Below, piece by piece: positions 37,940 to 48,976 of a stretch of DNA of 54,755 nt. Within the stretch, counting starts at the first letter, position 1; every line of letters begins with the position of its first letter. Where the stretch lies: the sequence record SRR20825006_1162. The stretch is one strand, 5' to 3'. The notes beneath the pieces are model-generated. The model was not told the origin of the DNA. It ran no database searches and saw only the letters and a list, made by a program, of their open reading frames with translations. Position numbers and translations under genes: made by a program.

Positions 37940-39532
37940 ATGGCGAATATATTTGCGCGTGAGCATTTGACAGGACAACTTTCACAAACCAAAAAATGGG
38001 ACGTGATTGTGATTGGAGGAGGAGCAACAGGACTTGGAGTGGCTTTAGATAGTGCTACTCGAGGCTATAAAACCTTGTTGTTAGAGCAGGTAGATTATGC
38101 GAAGGGAACTTCTAGCCGAAGTACAAAATTAGTGCACGGTGGCGTGCGCTATCTTGCACAAGGAGATATTGACCTGGTTAAAGAAGCCTTATACGAGCGC
38201 GGATTATTGGCGCAAAACGCACCGCATCTGGTGAAGAACCAAAACTTCATCATTCCAAACTACAGATGGTGGGAAGGGATTTATTACACCATCGGGTTAA
38301 AAGCTTATGATTTTCTAGCCGGAAAACTGAGTTTAGGAAAATCGAAGCATATCAACAAAACCAAAACCACAGAGCGTCTTTCAACCCTAAGACAAAAAGG
38401 ACTTTATGGTGGAGTCGTATATAAAGATGGCCAGTTTGATGATTCGCGTTTGGCAACGAATATTGCACAAACCGCAATTGAAAACGGAGCTACTTTACTC
38501 AACCATTTTAAAGTCACTGATCTTTTACAAAACGATACCGGCAAAGTAATAGGTGTCGAAGCGAAAGATACCGAAACCGATGCACACTATACTTTTTCAA
38601 GTGATGTGGTGATCAATGCAACCGGAGTATTTACAGATGAGATCCTGCGTATGGAAAACGCCGAAGCTAAAAAATCGGTAGTGCCAAGTCAGGGGGTGCA
38701 TTTAGTTTTTGATAAATCATTTTTGCCCGGAGACGATGCGATTATGATCCCTAAAACCAGTGACGGTCGCGTGTTGTTTGCTGTGCCTTGGCATGATAAA
38801 GTGTTAGTGGGTACTACAGATACCAATCTGGATGATCATAGTTTGGAGCCTCAGGCACAGGAGCAAGAAATTGAATTTATCCTGCAAACCTTCAATAATT
38901 ATTTGAATAAAAAAGTGACACGCGCTGATGTACGAAGCATTTTTGCCGGTTTGCGTCCGCTCGCTGCGCCTAAAGACGATTCAGAAAAAACGAAAGAAAT
39001 TTCGCGTAGTCATAAAGTAATTGTTTCAGAAACCGGTTTGATCACCATTACCGGCGGAAAGTGGACCACCTACCGTAGAATGGCGCAAGACACGATAAAT
39101 AAAGCGATTTCGCTTAAAAAACTTCCGAAGAAAGCCTGTGAAACAGCGCATTTGGCAATTCACGGGGCACAACCTACTGAAGACCGTAGTAATCATATGT
39201 ACATCTATGGTAGTGATCAAAAAGGGATTGCGGGCCTTATAAAAGAACAACCGGAATTGGGTGAAAAATTACACGAGCGTCTTCCGTTTTTGAAAGCGGA
39301 AGTGATCTGGGCCGTGCGTTATGAAATGGCGCGTACAGTTGAAGATGTGTTAGCTAGACGTGTGAGAGCCTTGTTTCTAGATGCGGCTGCTGCTCGTGAG
39401 ATGACTGCTGAGGTAGCGCGATTGATCGCAGCTGAGCTGAATCGTGATGAAGCCTGGAAACTTAATCAGATAGAAGAATTTACAAAATTGGCTAACCACT
39501 ATTGCATTGAAGGCAATACGGTTACCGCATAA
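37940..39532 (+). CDS. glpD: FAD-dependent glycerol-3-phosphate dehydrogenase
   Basis: GGGATG, GTSSRSTKLVHGGVRYL, GLRPL, GGKWTTYR. Confidence 0.93.
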   Translation: MANIFAREHLTGQLSQTKKWDVIVIGGGATGLGVALDSATRGYKTLLLEQVDYAKGTSSRSTKLVHGGVRYLAQGDIDLVKEALYERGLLAQNAPHLVKNQNFIIPNYRWWEGIYYTIGLKAYDFLAGKLSLGKSKHINKTKTTERLSTLRQKGLYGGVVYKDGQFDDSRLATNIAQTAIENGATLLNHFKVTDLLQNDTGKVIGVEAKDTETDAHYTFSSDVVINATGVFTDEILRMENAEAKKSVVPSQGVHLVFDKSFLPGDDAIMIPKTSDGRVLFAVPWHDKVLVGTTDTNLDDHSLEPQAQEQEIEFILQTFNNYLNKKVTRADVRSIFAGLRPLAAPKDDSEKTKEISRSHKVIVSETGLITITGGKWTTYRRMAQDTINKAISLKKLPKKACETAHLAIHGAQPTEDRSNHMYIYGSDQKGIAGLIKEQPELGEKLHERLPFLKAEVIWAVRYEMARTVEDVLARRVRALFLDAAAAREMTAEVARLIAAELNRDEAWKLNQIEEFTKLANHYCIEGNTVTA

Positions 39533-39596
39533 ATAAAATCGAGCACTACGGCTTTAACGTCGCAGTGCCTTAATCTTTAAACCTATATTATACAAC

Positions 39597-41090
39597 ATGG
39601 ACCAGTTTATATTATCCCTGGATCAGGGAACAACAAGTTCGCGCGCAATCGTTTTCGACAAGAAAGGTGGAATTGTGTCGATAGCTCAGAAAGAATTTAA
39701 ACAATACTTCCCAAAACCGGGTTGGGTAGAGCACGATCCTCAGGAAATATGGTCCACACAAGCGGGTGTTGCTGCCGAAGCAACCGTTTCTAAAGGTTTA
39801 AACGGAAAAAATATAGCAGGGATCGGGATTACCAATCAGCGGGAAACAGTTGTTGTTTGGGATAAAAATACCGGCGAACCGGTATATAATGCGATCGTAT
39901 GGCAAGACAAGCGTACAGCAGATTATTGCGAAGAGCTGAAAGAAAATGGCAAAGCCGAAATGATTCAGGAGAAAACCGGATTGGTGATCGACTCGTATTT
40001 CGCCGGAACCAAAGTAAAATGGATTCTAGATAATGTCGAAGGTGCACGCGAAAAAGCCGAAGCCGGCGATTTGATTCTAGGAACCATAGATACGTGGTTG
40101 ATCTGGAAATTCACTAAAGGTGACTTACACGTGACCGATGTTACTAATGCGTGTAGAACCTTGCTTTTTAACATCAATACGATGGAATGGGACGAGGAGC
40201 TTCTTGAGCTTTTTGATGTTCCAAAAAGCATGCTTCCGGAAGTTAAAGATTCTAGTGAAGTATATGGGCATACCAAAACCACCATTTTTGCATCTAAAAT
40301 TCCTATTGCCGGAATCGCGGGAGATCAGATGGCAGCATTGTTTGGGCAGATGTGTACCAAAAAAGGAATGGTTAAAAATACCTACGGAACGGGTTGCTTT
40401 ATGCTGATGAATATTGGTGACAAACCTATTCTTTCTAAAAATAATTTATTGACCACGGTTGCCTGGAGAATTAACGGTAAAACCGAATACGCACTCGAAG
40501 GAAGCATTTTTATTGGTGGTGCCGTAGTGCAATGGTTGCGTGATGGTTTAGGAATTATCAATAAATCTGAAAATGTGGAGCCATTGGCAGAGTCTGTTGA
40601 ATCTACAGATGGCGTATATTTTATTCCAGCATTTGCCGGTCTTGGTGCACCGTATTGGAATCAAAAAGCTAAGGGAACCATCTTCGGAGTTACCCGCGGA
40701 ACCACTGATGCGCATATCGCACGTGCTTCGATCGAAGCAATCGCTTATCAAACGATGGATATTCTAAAATCTATGGAAGCTGATTCAGGAATTGATATTA
40801 AAGAGCTGCGTGTTGATGGTGGCGCTTCAGTAAATGAAACCTTGATGCAATTTCAAGCAGATGTATTAGATTCAGTAACAGTGCGTCCTAAAATCACCGA
40901 AACTACTGCTTTGGGAGCTGCATATCTTGCAGGTCTTGCCGTAGGCTTCTGGGAAAGTAAAGAAGAGATTCAAGAGATGTGGCAAGAAGATAAACGCTTT
41001 GAGCCCGTTAAACCTAAGGAGGATGTAGAAGCCGGAATCAAAGGTTGGTACCGCGCAGTTAAAGCACTAGAACACTGGACTAAATTATAA
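39597..41090 (+). CDS. glpK: Glycerol kinase
   Basis: [37 protein letters not shown]. Confidence 0.97.
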   Translation: MDQFILSLDQGTTSSRAIVFDKKGGIVSIAQKEFKQYFPKPGWVEHDPQEIWSTQAGVAAEATVSKGLNGKNIAGIGITNQRETVVVWDKNTGEPVYNAIVWQDKRTADYCEELKENGKAEMIQEKTGLVIDSYFAGTKVKWILDNVEGAREKAEAGDLILGTIDTWLIWKFTKGDLHVTDVTNACRTLLFNINTMEWDEELLELFDVPKSMLPEVKDSSEVYGHTKTTIFASKIPIAGIAGDQMAALFGQMCTKKGMVKNTYGTGCFMLMNIGDKPILSKNNLLTTVAWRINGKTEYALEGSIFIGGAVVQWLRDGLGIINKSENVEPLAESVESTDGVYFIPAFAGLGAPYWNQKAKGTIFGVTRGTTDAHIARASIEAIAYQTMDILKSMEADSGIDIKELRVDGGASVNETLMQFQADVLDSVTVRPKITETTALGAAYLAGLAVGFWESKEEIQEMWQEDKRFEPVKPKEDVEAGIKGWYRAVKALEHWTKL

Positions 41091-41095
41091 GAATT

Positions 41096-41827
41096 ATGAC
41101 ACCATTTATAGCAGAAGTTTTAGGAACAGCTTTATTGATCCTTTTAGGAGGAGGAATTGTAGCTAATGATATTTTAAACAAAACCAAAGGAAACGGTGGT
41201 GGTTGGATGACCATTACCACCGCTTGGGGACTTGCAGTTTTTGTAGGTGTTGTTGTTGCCGGCCCATATAGTGGGGCGCATTTAAACCCGGCGGTGACCA
41301 TAGGTCTCGCAGCCGGTGGGTTGTTTCCGTGGGCAGATGTACCTACGTATCTCGCAGCAGAATTTATTGGGGCGATGATAGGTTCTTCCTTAGTGTATGT
41401 GATGTACAAAGACCATTTTGATGCTACCGAAGACGGCGGACTCAAACGTGCAGTGTTTTGTACAGATCCGGCGATCCCAAACAATTTTAGAAATATTGTT
41501 AGTGAGATTTTAGGGACTTTCGTGTTGCTTATTTGTGTGTTCTATTTTTCTGATGCAGAAATCGCTGACGGTACAGGAACTAAAGTGGGTCTGGGCTCTA
41601 TTGGCGCGATTCCAGTGGCATTTGTCGTGTGGGGAGTAGGTCTTTCTTTAGGAGGGACAACCGGCTATGCGATCAACCCGGCGCGTGATTTAGGTCCGCG
41701 TATAGTTCACGCACTATTACCCATAAAAGGCAAAACCGATAGTGGATGGAGTTACGCCTGGATTCCTGTTTTAGGTCCTATCATTGGCGCTGTTCTCGCA
41801 GCCTTTCTATTTCTAGCCTTAAACTAA
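41096..41827 (+). CDS. glpF: Glycerol uptake facilitator (MIP aquaglyceroporin)
   Basis: SGAHLNPAVT and GYAINPARDLGPR. Confidence 0.95.
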   Translation: MTPFIAEVLGTALLILLGGGIVANDILNKTKGNGGGWMTITTAWGLAVFVGVVVAGPYSGAHLNPAVTIGLAAGGLFPWADVPTYLAAEFIGAMIGSSLVYVMYKDHFDATEDGGLKRAVFCTDPAIPNNFRNIVSEILGTFVLLICVFYFSDAEIADGTGTKVGLGSIGAIPVAFVVWGVGLSLGGTTGYAINPARDLGPRIVHALLPIKGKTDSGWSYAWIPVLGPIIGAVLAAFLFLALN

Positions 41828-41846
41828 TTTATATCTAAATCATTTT

Positions 41847-42626
41847 ATGAAATTATTTAAAACGGCCTTAGCGCTGTGGTGCATTCTCGCACTTCAGCAG
41901 CTACAGGCACAGGAAGACTTACGCTCTTCAGATCTGCAAATTGAAGATTCTACAGCTACAAAATACAAGCCTTTCGCATTTAATTTGAAGGCTAAAAATA
42001 TGCACCTCTGGAAGGGTTTACGCGTGACAGATGCTCCTGTTCTGGATGTAGATCTTAACTATACTTCACGTGATGGAAAATTTAAAGCCGGACTTTGGGG
42101 AGGTGCCGGAGTGACCGGATATTATACTGAATTTGATTACTACGTTTCGTATAGTACAAACGGTTTTTCGTTAAGTGTATGGGATATTAACAACTATAGT
42201 GATTTCCCGGACGCCGGTATTTTTGACTACGACCGAAGCACTACTTCTCATTTTATCGATGTGACTTTAGGATATGAGTTTAAGCCTATTCCGTTAAAGC
42301 TTTCTTGGAGTACTATCGTGCAAGGGCGAGATACTTATGTTGCTAGTGATGGCGAACTGAAAAATGCGTTTTCTAATTATGTGGAGGCTAGTTACGGTTT
42401 GATTCAGAAGAAAGATTGGTCGATCAGCGCCTTTGTGGGCGGAGCATTCTCTTTTGAAAATGAGGCTCATTTTTACGGCGATAAGCCTAATCTAACCAAT
42501 GTAGGTTTAATTTATGCGAGAGAAGTTCCTGTGCTTAAAAAGTTTACGATCCCAATGGCAGCAACCGCAATGTGGAATCCTGAGCAAGAGTACGGAGCGA
42601 TCGAAGTCGCAATAACCTTATTCTAA
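41847..42626 (+). CDS. Hypothetical outer-membrane beta-barrel protein
   Basis: Signal peptide, aromatic-rich alternating beta-strands, C-terminal Phe (IEVAITLF). Confidence 0.72.
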   Translation: MKLFKTALALWCILALQQLQAQEDLRSSDLQIEDSTATKYKPFAFNLKAKNMHLWKGLRVTDAPVLDVDLNYTSRDGKFKAGLWGGAGVTGYYTEFDYYVSYSTNGFSLSVWDINNYSDFPDAGIFDYDRSTTSHFIDVTLGYEFKPIPLKLSWSTIVQGRDTYVASDGELKNAFSNYVEASYGLIQKKDWSISAFVGGAFSFENEAHFYGDKPNLTNVGLIYAREVPVLKKFTIPMAATAMWNPEQEYGAIEVAITLF

Positions 42627-43306
42627 GAATTGATAAATTTTCGGATGTCTTTGTTGGCGCCGTAAAGAACTAAAATGTCTCCACGCTCTAATAACAATTG
42701 GGGTGTGGCGACACTTTGAACGTCGATAATGGTTTTGGTTTTACCAATTTCGGTATCTACATAGGCATTCTTCAGCGTGGTTAAAACAAGAAGATTATAG
42801 CGTTCTCTAAACTGAACTTCTTCCACCGTTTTATTTTCATATTGCTTAGGTAATTTCACCTCTACAATACTGAAATACTCATTTAACTCAAAGGAATCTA
42901 CAACGCCGCGCATACATAGTTTTTTTGCCAAGCGTTCTGCGCTTTCTTGTTCCGGATGTACGATCTCATCAACGCCAATGGCGCTCAATACATTCTCGTG
43001 CAAAGGATTTACCGCCCTGCTGATGAGTTTTTTTACTTTTAGATTTTTGAGCAGTGCCGTAACCATCACATTGGTGCCTTGATTTTCACCAATAGCGACA
43101 ACAACAATGTCGGTATCCTTAAGCGGTAAACCGGTTACGGTAGATTCATCGGTCGCATCTAGACAAATGGTGTGCGTGATTTTTTCTTTTAAAGCATCTA
43201 CACGGTTCATTTTAATATCAATGCCAATAACTTCGTTGCCTTGAGCGGTAAGTTTTTCGGCTAAAGAAGCGCCAAAGCTTCCTAATCCCACAATGATATA
43301 TTTCAT
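42623..43306 (-). CDS. ktrA: KtrA/TrkA potassium uptake regulatory (RCK) subunit
   Basis: IVGLGSFG Rossmann motif, IVHPEQE, RCK-C tail. Confidence 0.9.
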   Translation of the reverse strand: MKYIIVGLGSFGASLAEKLTAQGNEVIGIDIKMNRVDALKEKITHTICLDATDESTVTGLPLKDTDIVVVAIGENQGTNVMVTALLKNLKVKKLISRAVNPLHENVLSAIGVDEIVHPEQESAERLAKKLCMRGVVDSFELNEYFSIVEVKLPKQYENKTVEEVQFRERYNLLVLTTLKNAYVDTEIGKTKTIIDVQSVATPQLLLERGDILVLYGANKDIRKFINS

Positions 43307-43318
43307 AATCTAAATGTT

Positions 43319-45085
43319 TTAATTGATCAAAATTTCTTCGCTAGGGTAGCGGTAGGCTTTGTATTTCATCTTTCTGAAGATCGCGATAAGTATGGTAAGC
43401 ATGCTCACGCGCCCAATAAACATCACGATGATCAATACCCCTTTACTACCAGCTGAAAGACTTGAAGTTATGCCTAAACTGAGGCCTACGGTACTGTATG
43501 CAGAAAAGCATTCAAAAGCAATACTGAGCAAGGTTTTGTCAGGATCAAAAGCTGCGATAGCGATCACCGCAAAACCAATAACCACCAGCGATAACGAGAT
43601 AATGGCAAATGCCCTTCTCACCGAAATATCAGCGATCTCTCTGCGATACACTTCTATGCGTTCTTTACCTTTAGCGAGGCTCAAAAAGTTTAACGTAGCA
43701 ATTGCAAAGGTGCTGGTCTTGATACCACCCCCTGTTGAAGCTGGCGAGGCGCCAACCCACATCAATAAGAAGATCATCATCAGCGTAGAAAAATGCAGCT
43801 GATTCATATCTAACGTATTAAAACCGGCTGTTCTGGGCGTAGTGGCTCCAAAAAGTGCCGTTACAAATTTGCCAAAACCATTATGTTCAGCCAGCGTATT
43901 GTGATACTCATTAGCATAAAAAACAGCGGTGCCTAAAAGCGATAATGCGGTGGTGGTGATCAGCGTAATACGGCTGCTAAGACTTAATACCCAAGGTTTG
44001 CTCAAAGTTCCGCGATCCCAATATTTGATAGGGTTCACGATCTTGTACTTTAAATATTTCAGAATATTGATGACGATTGGAAAACCCAATCCGCCAAAAA
44101 CAAAAAGTCCGATTAGGGTGAGCTGTAAAAAATAGTTGTATCTAAAATTGATATCATAAATACCGTTAGATAGCGTTGAAAAGCCGGCATTACAAAAAGC
44201 CGAAATTGAGTGGAAAACCGAGAAAAAAAACCGATCTGTAAAGTCTTGAAAATTTTCAGCTTTAAGGCTTAGAAAAATTAGAATTCCGCCAACAGCTTCG
44301 ATCGAAAAGGTAATGATAAGAATACGTTTTAACGTAGAAAAGACTTCACTGATCTTTTGCGAATTATTCATATCACTCAACACCACCTGATTTTCAAAGG
44401 TGGACATTCCCTTAAAAAAATAACTGAAATAACTGGCAAAAGTTAGAATGCCCAGACCTCCCAATTGAATTAGAAATACGATGATGTTTTGGCCAAGCGG
44501 TGTGAAAAAAGTTCCTGTATCTACTACGATCAGACCGGTTACACAAACCGCACTTGTAGACGTGAACAGGGCATCTAAAAATGAAATCCCGTCATAGGTA
44601 GCTTTGGGAAGCATCAGTAAAAAAGTGCCCAATAAAACGATCCCAACAAAACTGGCAATAAAGAGTTGCGCCGGGTTGAGGTGGCTCTTTTTGTAATTCA
44701 CGCGTTGCTCTGCAAATTCTCTGATAAACGTGAGTAAGATTGCTGCCCTTACCCAACTGTCACTATAGAGAAAATTTAAATGCTTATGCGCTTCGGCACC
44801 AAAAAAATGAATACCTATGATATATAAAATGACCAGAATACTGGCCGCGTCAAAAAGAATGACCTGTGTGCTTAGTTTTTTTGATTGGGTGAAGTAGCGT
44901 ACTAGGGTAACGGCGATTCCCACAAAAAGAATAAACAGGTAATAGGCGTTGAGAAAGGTTTGCAATTTTGAAGATTGCTCGTAACCAAAATCAAGGATAA
45001 AAGCAAAAACTCCAAGCAAACTAAGAATGAAAGCGGTGCGAAACAACGTCTTTAGCGTAAATACATTTGCTAATGTTTCTTTCAA
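43319..45085 (-). CDS. ktrB: KtrB/TrkH potassium uptake membrane subunit
   Basis: Four pore loops SAVCVTGL, SAFCNAGF, PRTAGF, SAYSTVGL; STGGGIK. Start inferred at TTG 45085, downstream of TACCTTTG box (45111-45118, minus). Confidence 0.9.
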   Translation of the reverse strand: MKETLANVFTLKTLFRTAFILSLLGVFAFILDFGYEQSSKLQTFLNAYYLFILFVGIAVTLVRYFTQSKKLSTQVILFDAASILVILYIIGIHFFGAEAHKHLNFLYSDSWVRAAILLTFIREFAEQRVNYKKSHLNPAQLFIASFVGIVLLGTFLLMLPKATYDGISFLDALFTSTSAVCVTGLIVVDTGTFFTPLGQNIIVFLIQLGGLGILTFASYFSYFFKGMSTFENQVVLSDMNNSQKISEVFSTLKRILIITFSIEAVGGILIFLSLKAENFQDFTDRFFFSVFHSISAFCNAGFSTLSNGIYDINFRYNYFLQLTLIGLFVFGGLGFPIVINILKYLKYKIVNPIKYWDRGTLSKPWVLSLSSRITLITTTALSLLGTAVFYANEYHNTLAEHNGFGKFVTALFGATTPRTAGFNTLDMNQLHFSTLMMIFLLMWVGASPASTGGGIKTSTFAIATLNFLSLAKGKERIEVYRREIADISVRRAFAIISLSLVVIGFAVIAIAAFDPDKTLLSIAFECFSAYSTVGLSLGITSSLSAGSKGVLIIVMFIGRVSMLTILIAIFRKMKYKAYRYPSEEILIN

Positions 45086-45256
45086 ACTTTTAAGATTTAA
45101 AATTGCTGTGCAAAGGTAGCGTATTCCTGATGTTGGCTTTTTTTTAAGTCTTAAAATATTTACAAAGTTCGAGCGATGTACTTCCAACGAAAGGATGACG
45201 GGGCAAAGGGTTTTAGCTGAATTTAAAGCCGTAGTTTTGCAGAAAATTGAATATTG

Positions 45257-46681
45257 ATGGAAGCAAAGGATATAGCGCGTTTAGAATTGTCTGAACAAGA
45301 AATGCGTGATTATGGGTATAAAGTGGTTGATGCTATTGTTGAGCATCACCTCAACCAACATAAAAAGAAACCGGTAGCGCAAGCAAGCCGTGAAGAAATG
45401 GATTCTTTGTTACGCGAGCACGCTCCAGAGGCGCCTACTGCCGCTAACGAGGTTTTTGATACGGTAATGGAAAAGGTGATGCCTTTTACAAACATTATGA
45501 GTCATCCTAAGTTTTATTCGTTTGTGCCCGGGCCCAGCAATTATGTGAGTGCGATGGCAGACGCATTGGCCACAGGGTTTAATGTGTTTTCAGGAGGCTG
45601 GGCAGCTTCGCCGGCAGCTGCAGAATTAGAGATCGTGACCATAAACTGGTTATTGAGTTTATATGGATTTCCTAAAAAACGCGGCGGCGGAATTTTCACC
45701 AGCGGTGGCTCGATGGCAAATCTTACGGCATTGATCACTGCACGTAATATCAAATGTGGCGACGATTTTTCTAAAGCGGTGATATACCTGTCTGATCAGG
45801 CGCACTCTTCAAATATCAAGGCGATTCGTGTGATGGGCTTTAGAAAGGAACAGATACGCTTGATCCCAACCGATCTTGAATTTAAATTCGCAATCAATAA
45901 GCTGAAAAATGCGATCAACAAAGATCGTCTTGCCGGGTGGAAACCTTTTTGCTTACTGGCTTCAGCCGGAACAACGAATACCGGTACTGTAGATCAATTG
46001 ACCGAATTGGCTGCTATTGCCAAGGCCGAAGATTTATGGTTTCATATTGATGGTGCCTATGGTGGAGCAGCAATTCTGGCAAAAAATGGGAAGCAACTCT
46101 TAAAAGGAGTTGAAAAAGCTGACTCGCTAACGGTAGATCCGCACAAATGGTTCTATCAGCCTTATGAAATGGGGTGTTTGCTCGTGCGAAATCACAAATG
46201 GTTAAGCGGAACATTTACCGAAGTTCCTGAATATTTAAAAGATGTTGAAGGGAACAGTTCTGAGATCAATTTTTACGACCACGGAATCCAATTAACGCGT
46301 CGATTTAGAGCGCTTAAGTTCTATATGAGCATAAAAACTTTTGGTTTAAAAGCCTTTAGAGAAGCGGTGCAATACAACTTTGATCTGTGTGAAAAAGTAG
46401 AAAGCATTCTTCGGAAAAGTAAAAAGTGGGAAGTGGTTTCTCCGGCTACACTAGCTGTGATCAATTTTAGATACAACCCTATCGATCAAAACCTTTCTGA
46501 GCCAGAACTGGATGCACTCAACTCAAAGATATCAGAAGGTGTGGTAGATTCTCGTGAGGCGATGCTGGTGACCACCATTCTTAATGGGCAAACTGTATTG
46601 CGCATGTGTTTGATCAATCCACGTACGACTTTGGCTGATGTAGAAGAAACAATCGCATTATGCGAGAAAATGGCCGAATAA
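45257..46681 (+). CDS. Group II PLP-dependent amino acid decarboxylase
   Basis: TSGGSMAN, AHSS, AGTTNTGTVD, HIDGAYGG, DPHKW (PLP lysine); TAGTTTTG -7 box at 45232-45239. Confidence 0.9.
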   Translation: MEAKDIARLELSEQEMRDYGYKVVDAIVEHHLNQHKKKPVAQASREEMDSLLREHAPEAPTAANEVFDTVMEKVMPFTNIMSHPKFYSFVPGPSNYVSAMADALATGFNVFSGGWAASPAAAELEIVTINWLLSLYGFPKKRGGGIFTSGGSMANLTALITARNIKCGDDFSKAVIYLSDQAHSSNIKAIRVMGFRKEQIRLIPTDLEFKFAINKLKNAINKDRLAGWKPFCLLASAGTTNTGTVDQLTELAAIAKAEDLWFHIDGAYGGAAILAKNGKQLLKGVEKADSLTVDPHKWFYQPYEMGCLLVRNHKWLSGTFTEVPEYLKDVEGNSSEINFYDHGIQLTRRFRALKFYMSIKTFGLKAFREAVQYNFDLCEKVESILRKSKKWEVVSPATLAVINFRYNPIDQNLSEPELDALNSKISEGVVDSREAMLVTTILNGQTVLRMCLINPRTTLADVEETIALCEKMAE

Positions 46682-46701
46682 TTACGCGATAATTGAGATT
46701 C

Positions 46702-46727
46702 AAAAACCTTGGGTTTACCCCAAGGTT
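46702..46727 (-). terminator. Terminator between convergent decarboxylase and PfkB genes
   Basis: AACCTTGGG-TTTAC-CCCAAGGTT hairpin with T tract on minus strand. Confidence 0.75.
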
Positions 46728-46728
46728 A

Positions 46729-47622
46729 CTATTCTCTCATTTTTGCTTCTATTTGTTCTGAAGTAATTGGGGCGTTAGCGCCTTTGGTTCCGGCTACTAA
46801 AGCACCCAACGCACAAGCAAATGCTAAGGCTTTTTCCGGAGTATTTTCGACTTTAAAAAGTTGGTAGATTAGTCCGGCTAAAAAAGAATCGCCGGCACCC
46901 ACCGTGTCTATCACTTTGGTACTGTAACCCGAATTGCTAACCGTAGTACCATTTTGATAAAGAACAGCGCCTTTGGCACCCAAGGTGACGCAAATTATTT
47001 CAGTAGCCGTGTGCTTGCTTATTTCAGCGAGTTGCTCGTGAATGGTTTCGCCAGTAATATTTAGATGCGCAACCACTTCTTCAAGTTCTTCATCATTCAT
47101 TTTGATCATCTGCGCTTGCTTCATAAACTCAATAAGCGTTTCCATTTCATAATGCGGTGCGCGTAAATTCACATCAAAAATGGCATAATCAGCAATCTGA
47201 AGCAGACTATTAAGCGTTTTGCTCGACTCGTTGCTGCGTGCTGCTAAGGAGCCAAAAATGAATAGATCGGCTTGTTGCACAGCATTTTTGTTTTTATCAG
47301 TCAATGCTATGGCATCCCACGCGACCGGTTTCTTGATGTTGTAAGAGGCACTGCCCGAAGCATCAAGCGTGACTTCTACTTTTCCGGTTTCTAGAGCATG
47401 ATCTGCTTGAATCAGACTTTGGTCAAGACCGAATTTTTGAATGGCTTCACGGGTTTCTTCGGCTAAAGCATCTTGTCCCAATCTGCTGATCATTTGCATC
47501 GTGACGCCCAGACTTTTCATACGTAAGCATAGATTTAGCGGAGCGCCGCCTAAAGCTTTTCCGTCAGGAAAAACATCCCATAAAATCTCCCCGAAGCAAA
47601 TAGCGTTTAAAGACTCTTTCAT
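46729..47622 (-). CDS. PfkB family carbohydrate kinase (probable fructokinase)
   Basis: GEILWD, GGAPLN, FDVNLR, DTVGAGDSF; coupled to MFS and GH32. Confidence 0.9.
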   Translation of the reverse strand: MKESLNAICFGEILWDVFPDGKALGGAPLNLCLRMKSLGVTMQMISRLGQDALAEETREAIQKFGLDQSLIQADHALETGKVEVTLDASGSASYNIKKPVAWDAIALTDKNKNAVQQADLFIFGSLAARSNESSKTLNSLLQIADYAIFDVNLRAPHYEMETLIEFMKQAQMIKMNDEELEEVVAHLNITGETIHEQLAEISKHTATEIICVTLGAKGAVLYQNGTTVSNSGYSTKVIDTVGAGDSFLAGLIYQLFKVENTPEKALAFACALGALVAGTKGANAPITSEQIEAKMRE

Positions 47623-48959
47623 TATCCTAATATTTTTTCTTCTAGTTCTTCAAGCGAAATCCCTTTAGTTTCGGGCATCATAAATTTGGTAAACAGTAAT
47701 TGTAAAAACATCATAAACGCAAAAAATGCAAAAATAGGCCACGGATTGTCTTTAAAAATTCCGTCTTTTCCATCTAAGAAAACCGGAGTTAAAAGCGTGA
47801 TCAATGCGGCAAAAACCCAATGCGTTCCTGTTCCCCAAGATTGCCCGTAAGCACGCACCTTATTAGGGAAAACTTCAGAAATAAATACCCAGATCACAGC
47901 CCCTTGACCTACCGCGTGTGATGCGATAAAGATCAGGATGAAAGTGAGTAACAACGCCGGACTCGCACCGCTGTAAAAACACCAAGCTACTGTAACAAGG
48001 CTGATGATGTAACCAAACGAGCCGATAAACATTAGCGTGCGACGGCCCAGACGGTCGATCAAGCCAACACCAACAAAAGTAAAGATGAGGTTCACCACGC
48101 CGATTGAAATTGAATTTAACAAGGAATCTTCGGTGGCTAAACCGGCTTTTACTAAAATTTCAGGGGCATAGTACAGAATAAAATTGATCCCGGATACCTG
48201 ATTAAAAAAGGCGATTAAAAAAGCTAGGATCAAGGGTTTTTTAAATCGTGCAGTAAAGAGTTTTACATCATCATTTGTTTTTGCTAATTCGGTTTTAATG
48301 CTGTCAATTTTACGCTGTGTTTCCTGTTTGTCGTAAACTTGATTGAGTACCGCAAAAGCGCCTTGTTCATCCTTTTTCTTATGAAGCAACCAACGCGGAC
48401 TCTCCGGAACCGTCATTACCAAAACAGTATATAAGAACGCCGGAATCGCTTCGACACCCATCATCCAGCGCCAGTCACTTTCACCTTGAAAACCTTCTAA
48501 AAGGTAATTTGAAAAGAATGCGATAAGGATACCTAGAACCAGATTAAACTGATACAGTGCGACCAATTTACCGCGGTTAGAAGCAGTGGTAATTTCTGAA
48601 ATATAGGTAGGCGCAGCTACGGAAGAAGCACCAACACCTACACCGCCAATGAAGCGAAAAAAGGAAAATAAATACGGATCTGGAGATAAGGCAGAACCTA
48701 AAGCCGAAGCAAAATAGAGAATCCCGATCCAGAACAAGGTTTTTTTGCGCCCAAATTTATCACAAGGAATACCGCCGGTCAGAGAGCCCAAAACGGTTCC
48801 CCACAGGGCCATTGACATTATGAATAGTCCGTGAAACCAAGGAGAGAGATTCCATAATTCTTTAACCGGTAAGTTGGCTCCAGATATTACTACGGTATCA
48901 AAACCAAAAAGAAAACCGGCAAGTGCAACGGTTACAGACCATTTTTGTACTGCTTTCAT
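47622..48959 (-). CDS. MFS sugar porter (probable fructose transporter)
   Basis: FLFGFDTVVISG, DKFGRK, PESPRWL, FFNQVSGIN, PETKG. Confidence 0.92.
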   Translation of the reverse strand: MKAVQKWSVTVALAGFLFGFDTVVISGANLPVKELWNLSPWFHGLFIMSMALWGTVLGSLTGGIPCDKFGRKKTLFWIGILYFASALGSALSPDPYLFSFFRFIGGVGVGASSVAAPTYISEITTASNRGKLVALYQFNLVLGILIAFFSNYLLEGFQGESDWRWMMGVEAIPAFLYTVLVMTVPESPRWLLHKKKDEQGAFAVLNQVYDKQETQRKIDSIKTELAKTNDDVKLFTARFKKPLILAFLIAFFNQVSGINFILYYAPEILVKAGLATEDSLLNSISIGVVNLIFTFVGVGLIDRLGRRTLMFIGSFGYIISLVTVAWCFYSGASPALLLTFILIFIASHAVGQGAVIWVFISEVFPNKVRAYGQSWGTGTHWVFAALITLLTPVFLDGKDGIFKDNPWPIFAFFAFMMFLQLLFTKFMMPETKGISLEELEEKILG

Positions 48960-48976
48960 ATATTCAAATTCTAGTA

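Noticed and set aside
39543-39568. Imperfect hairpin between glpD and glpK
   Set aside because: Mismatch in the stem and no strong T tract; at most an mRNA-stabilising stem, not evidence for an ncRNA or riboswitch.
43359-43802. 147-aa ORF antisense to ktrB (likewise 41080-41484 antisense to glpF)
   Set aside because: Common shadow ORFs opposite hydrophobic membrane-protein genes.
45086-45187. N-terminal extension of KtrB in the ORF track
   Set aside because: It spans a TACCTTTG promoter box and is hydrophilic; a downstream TTG start is more plausible.
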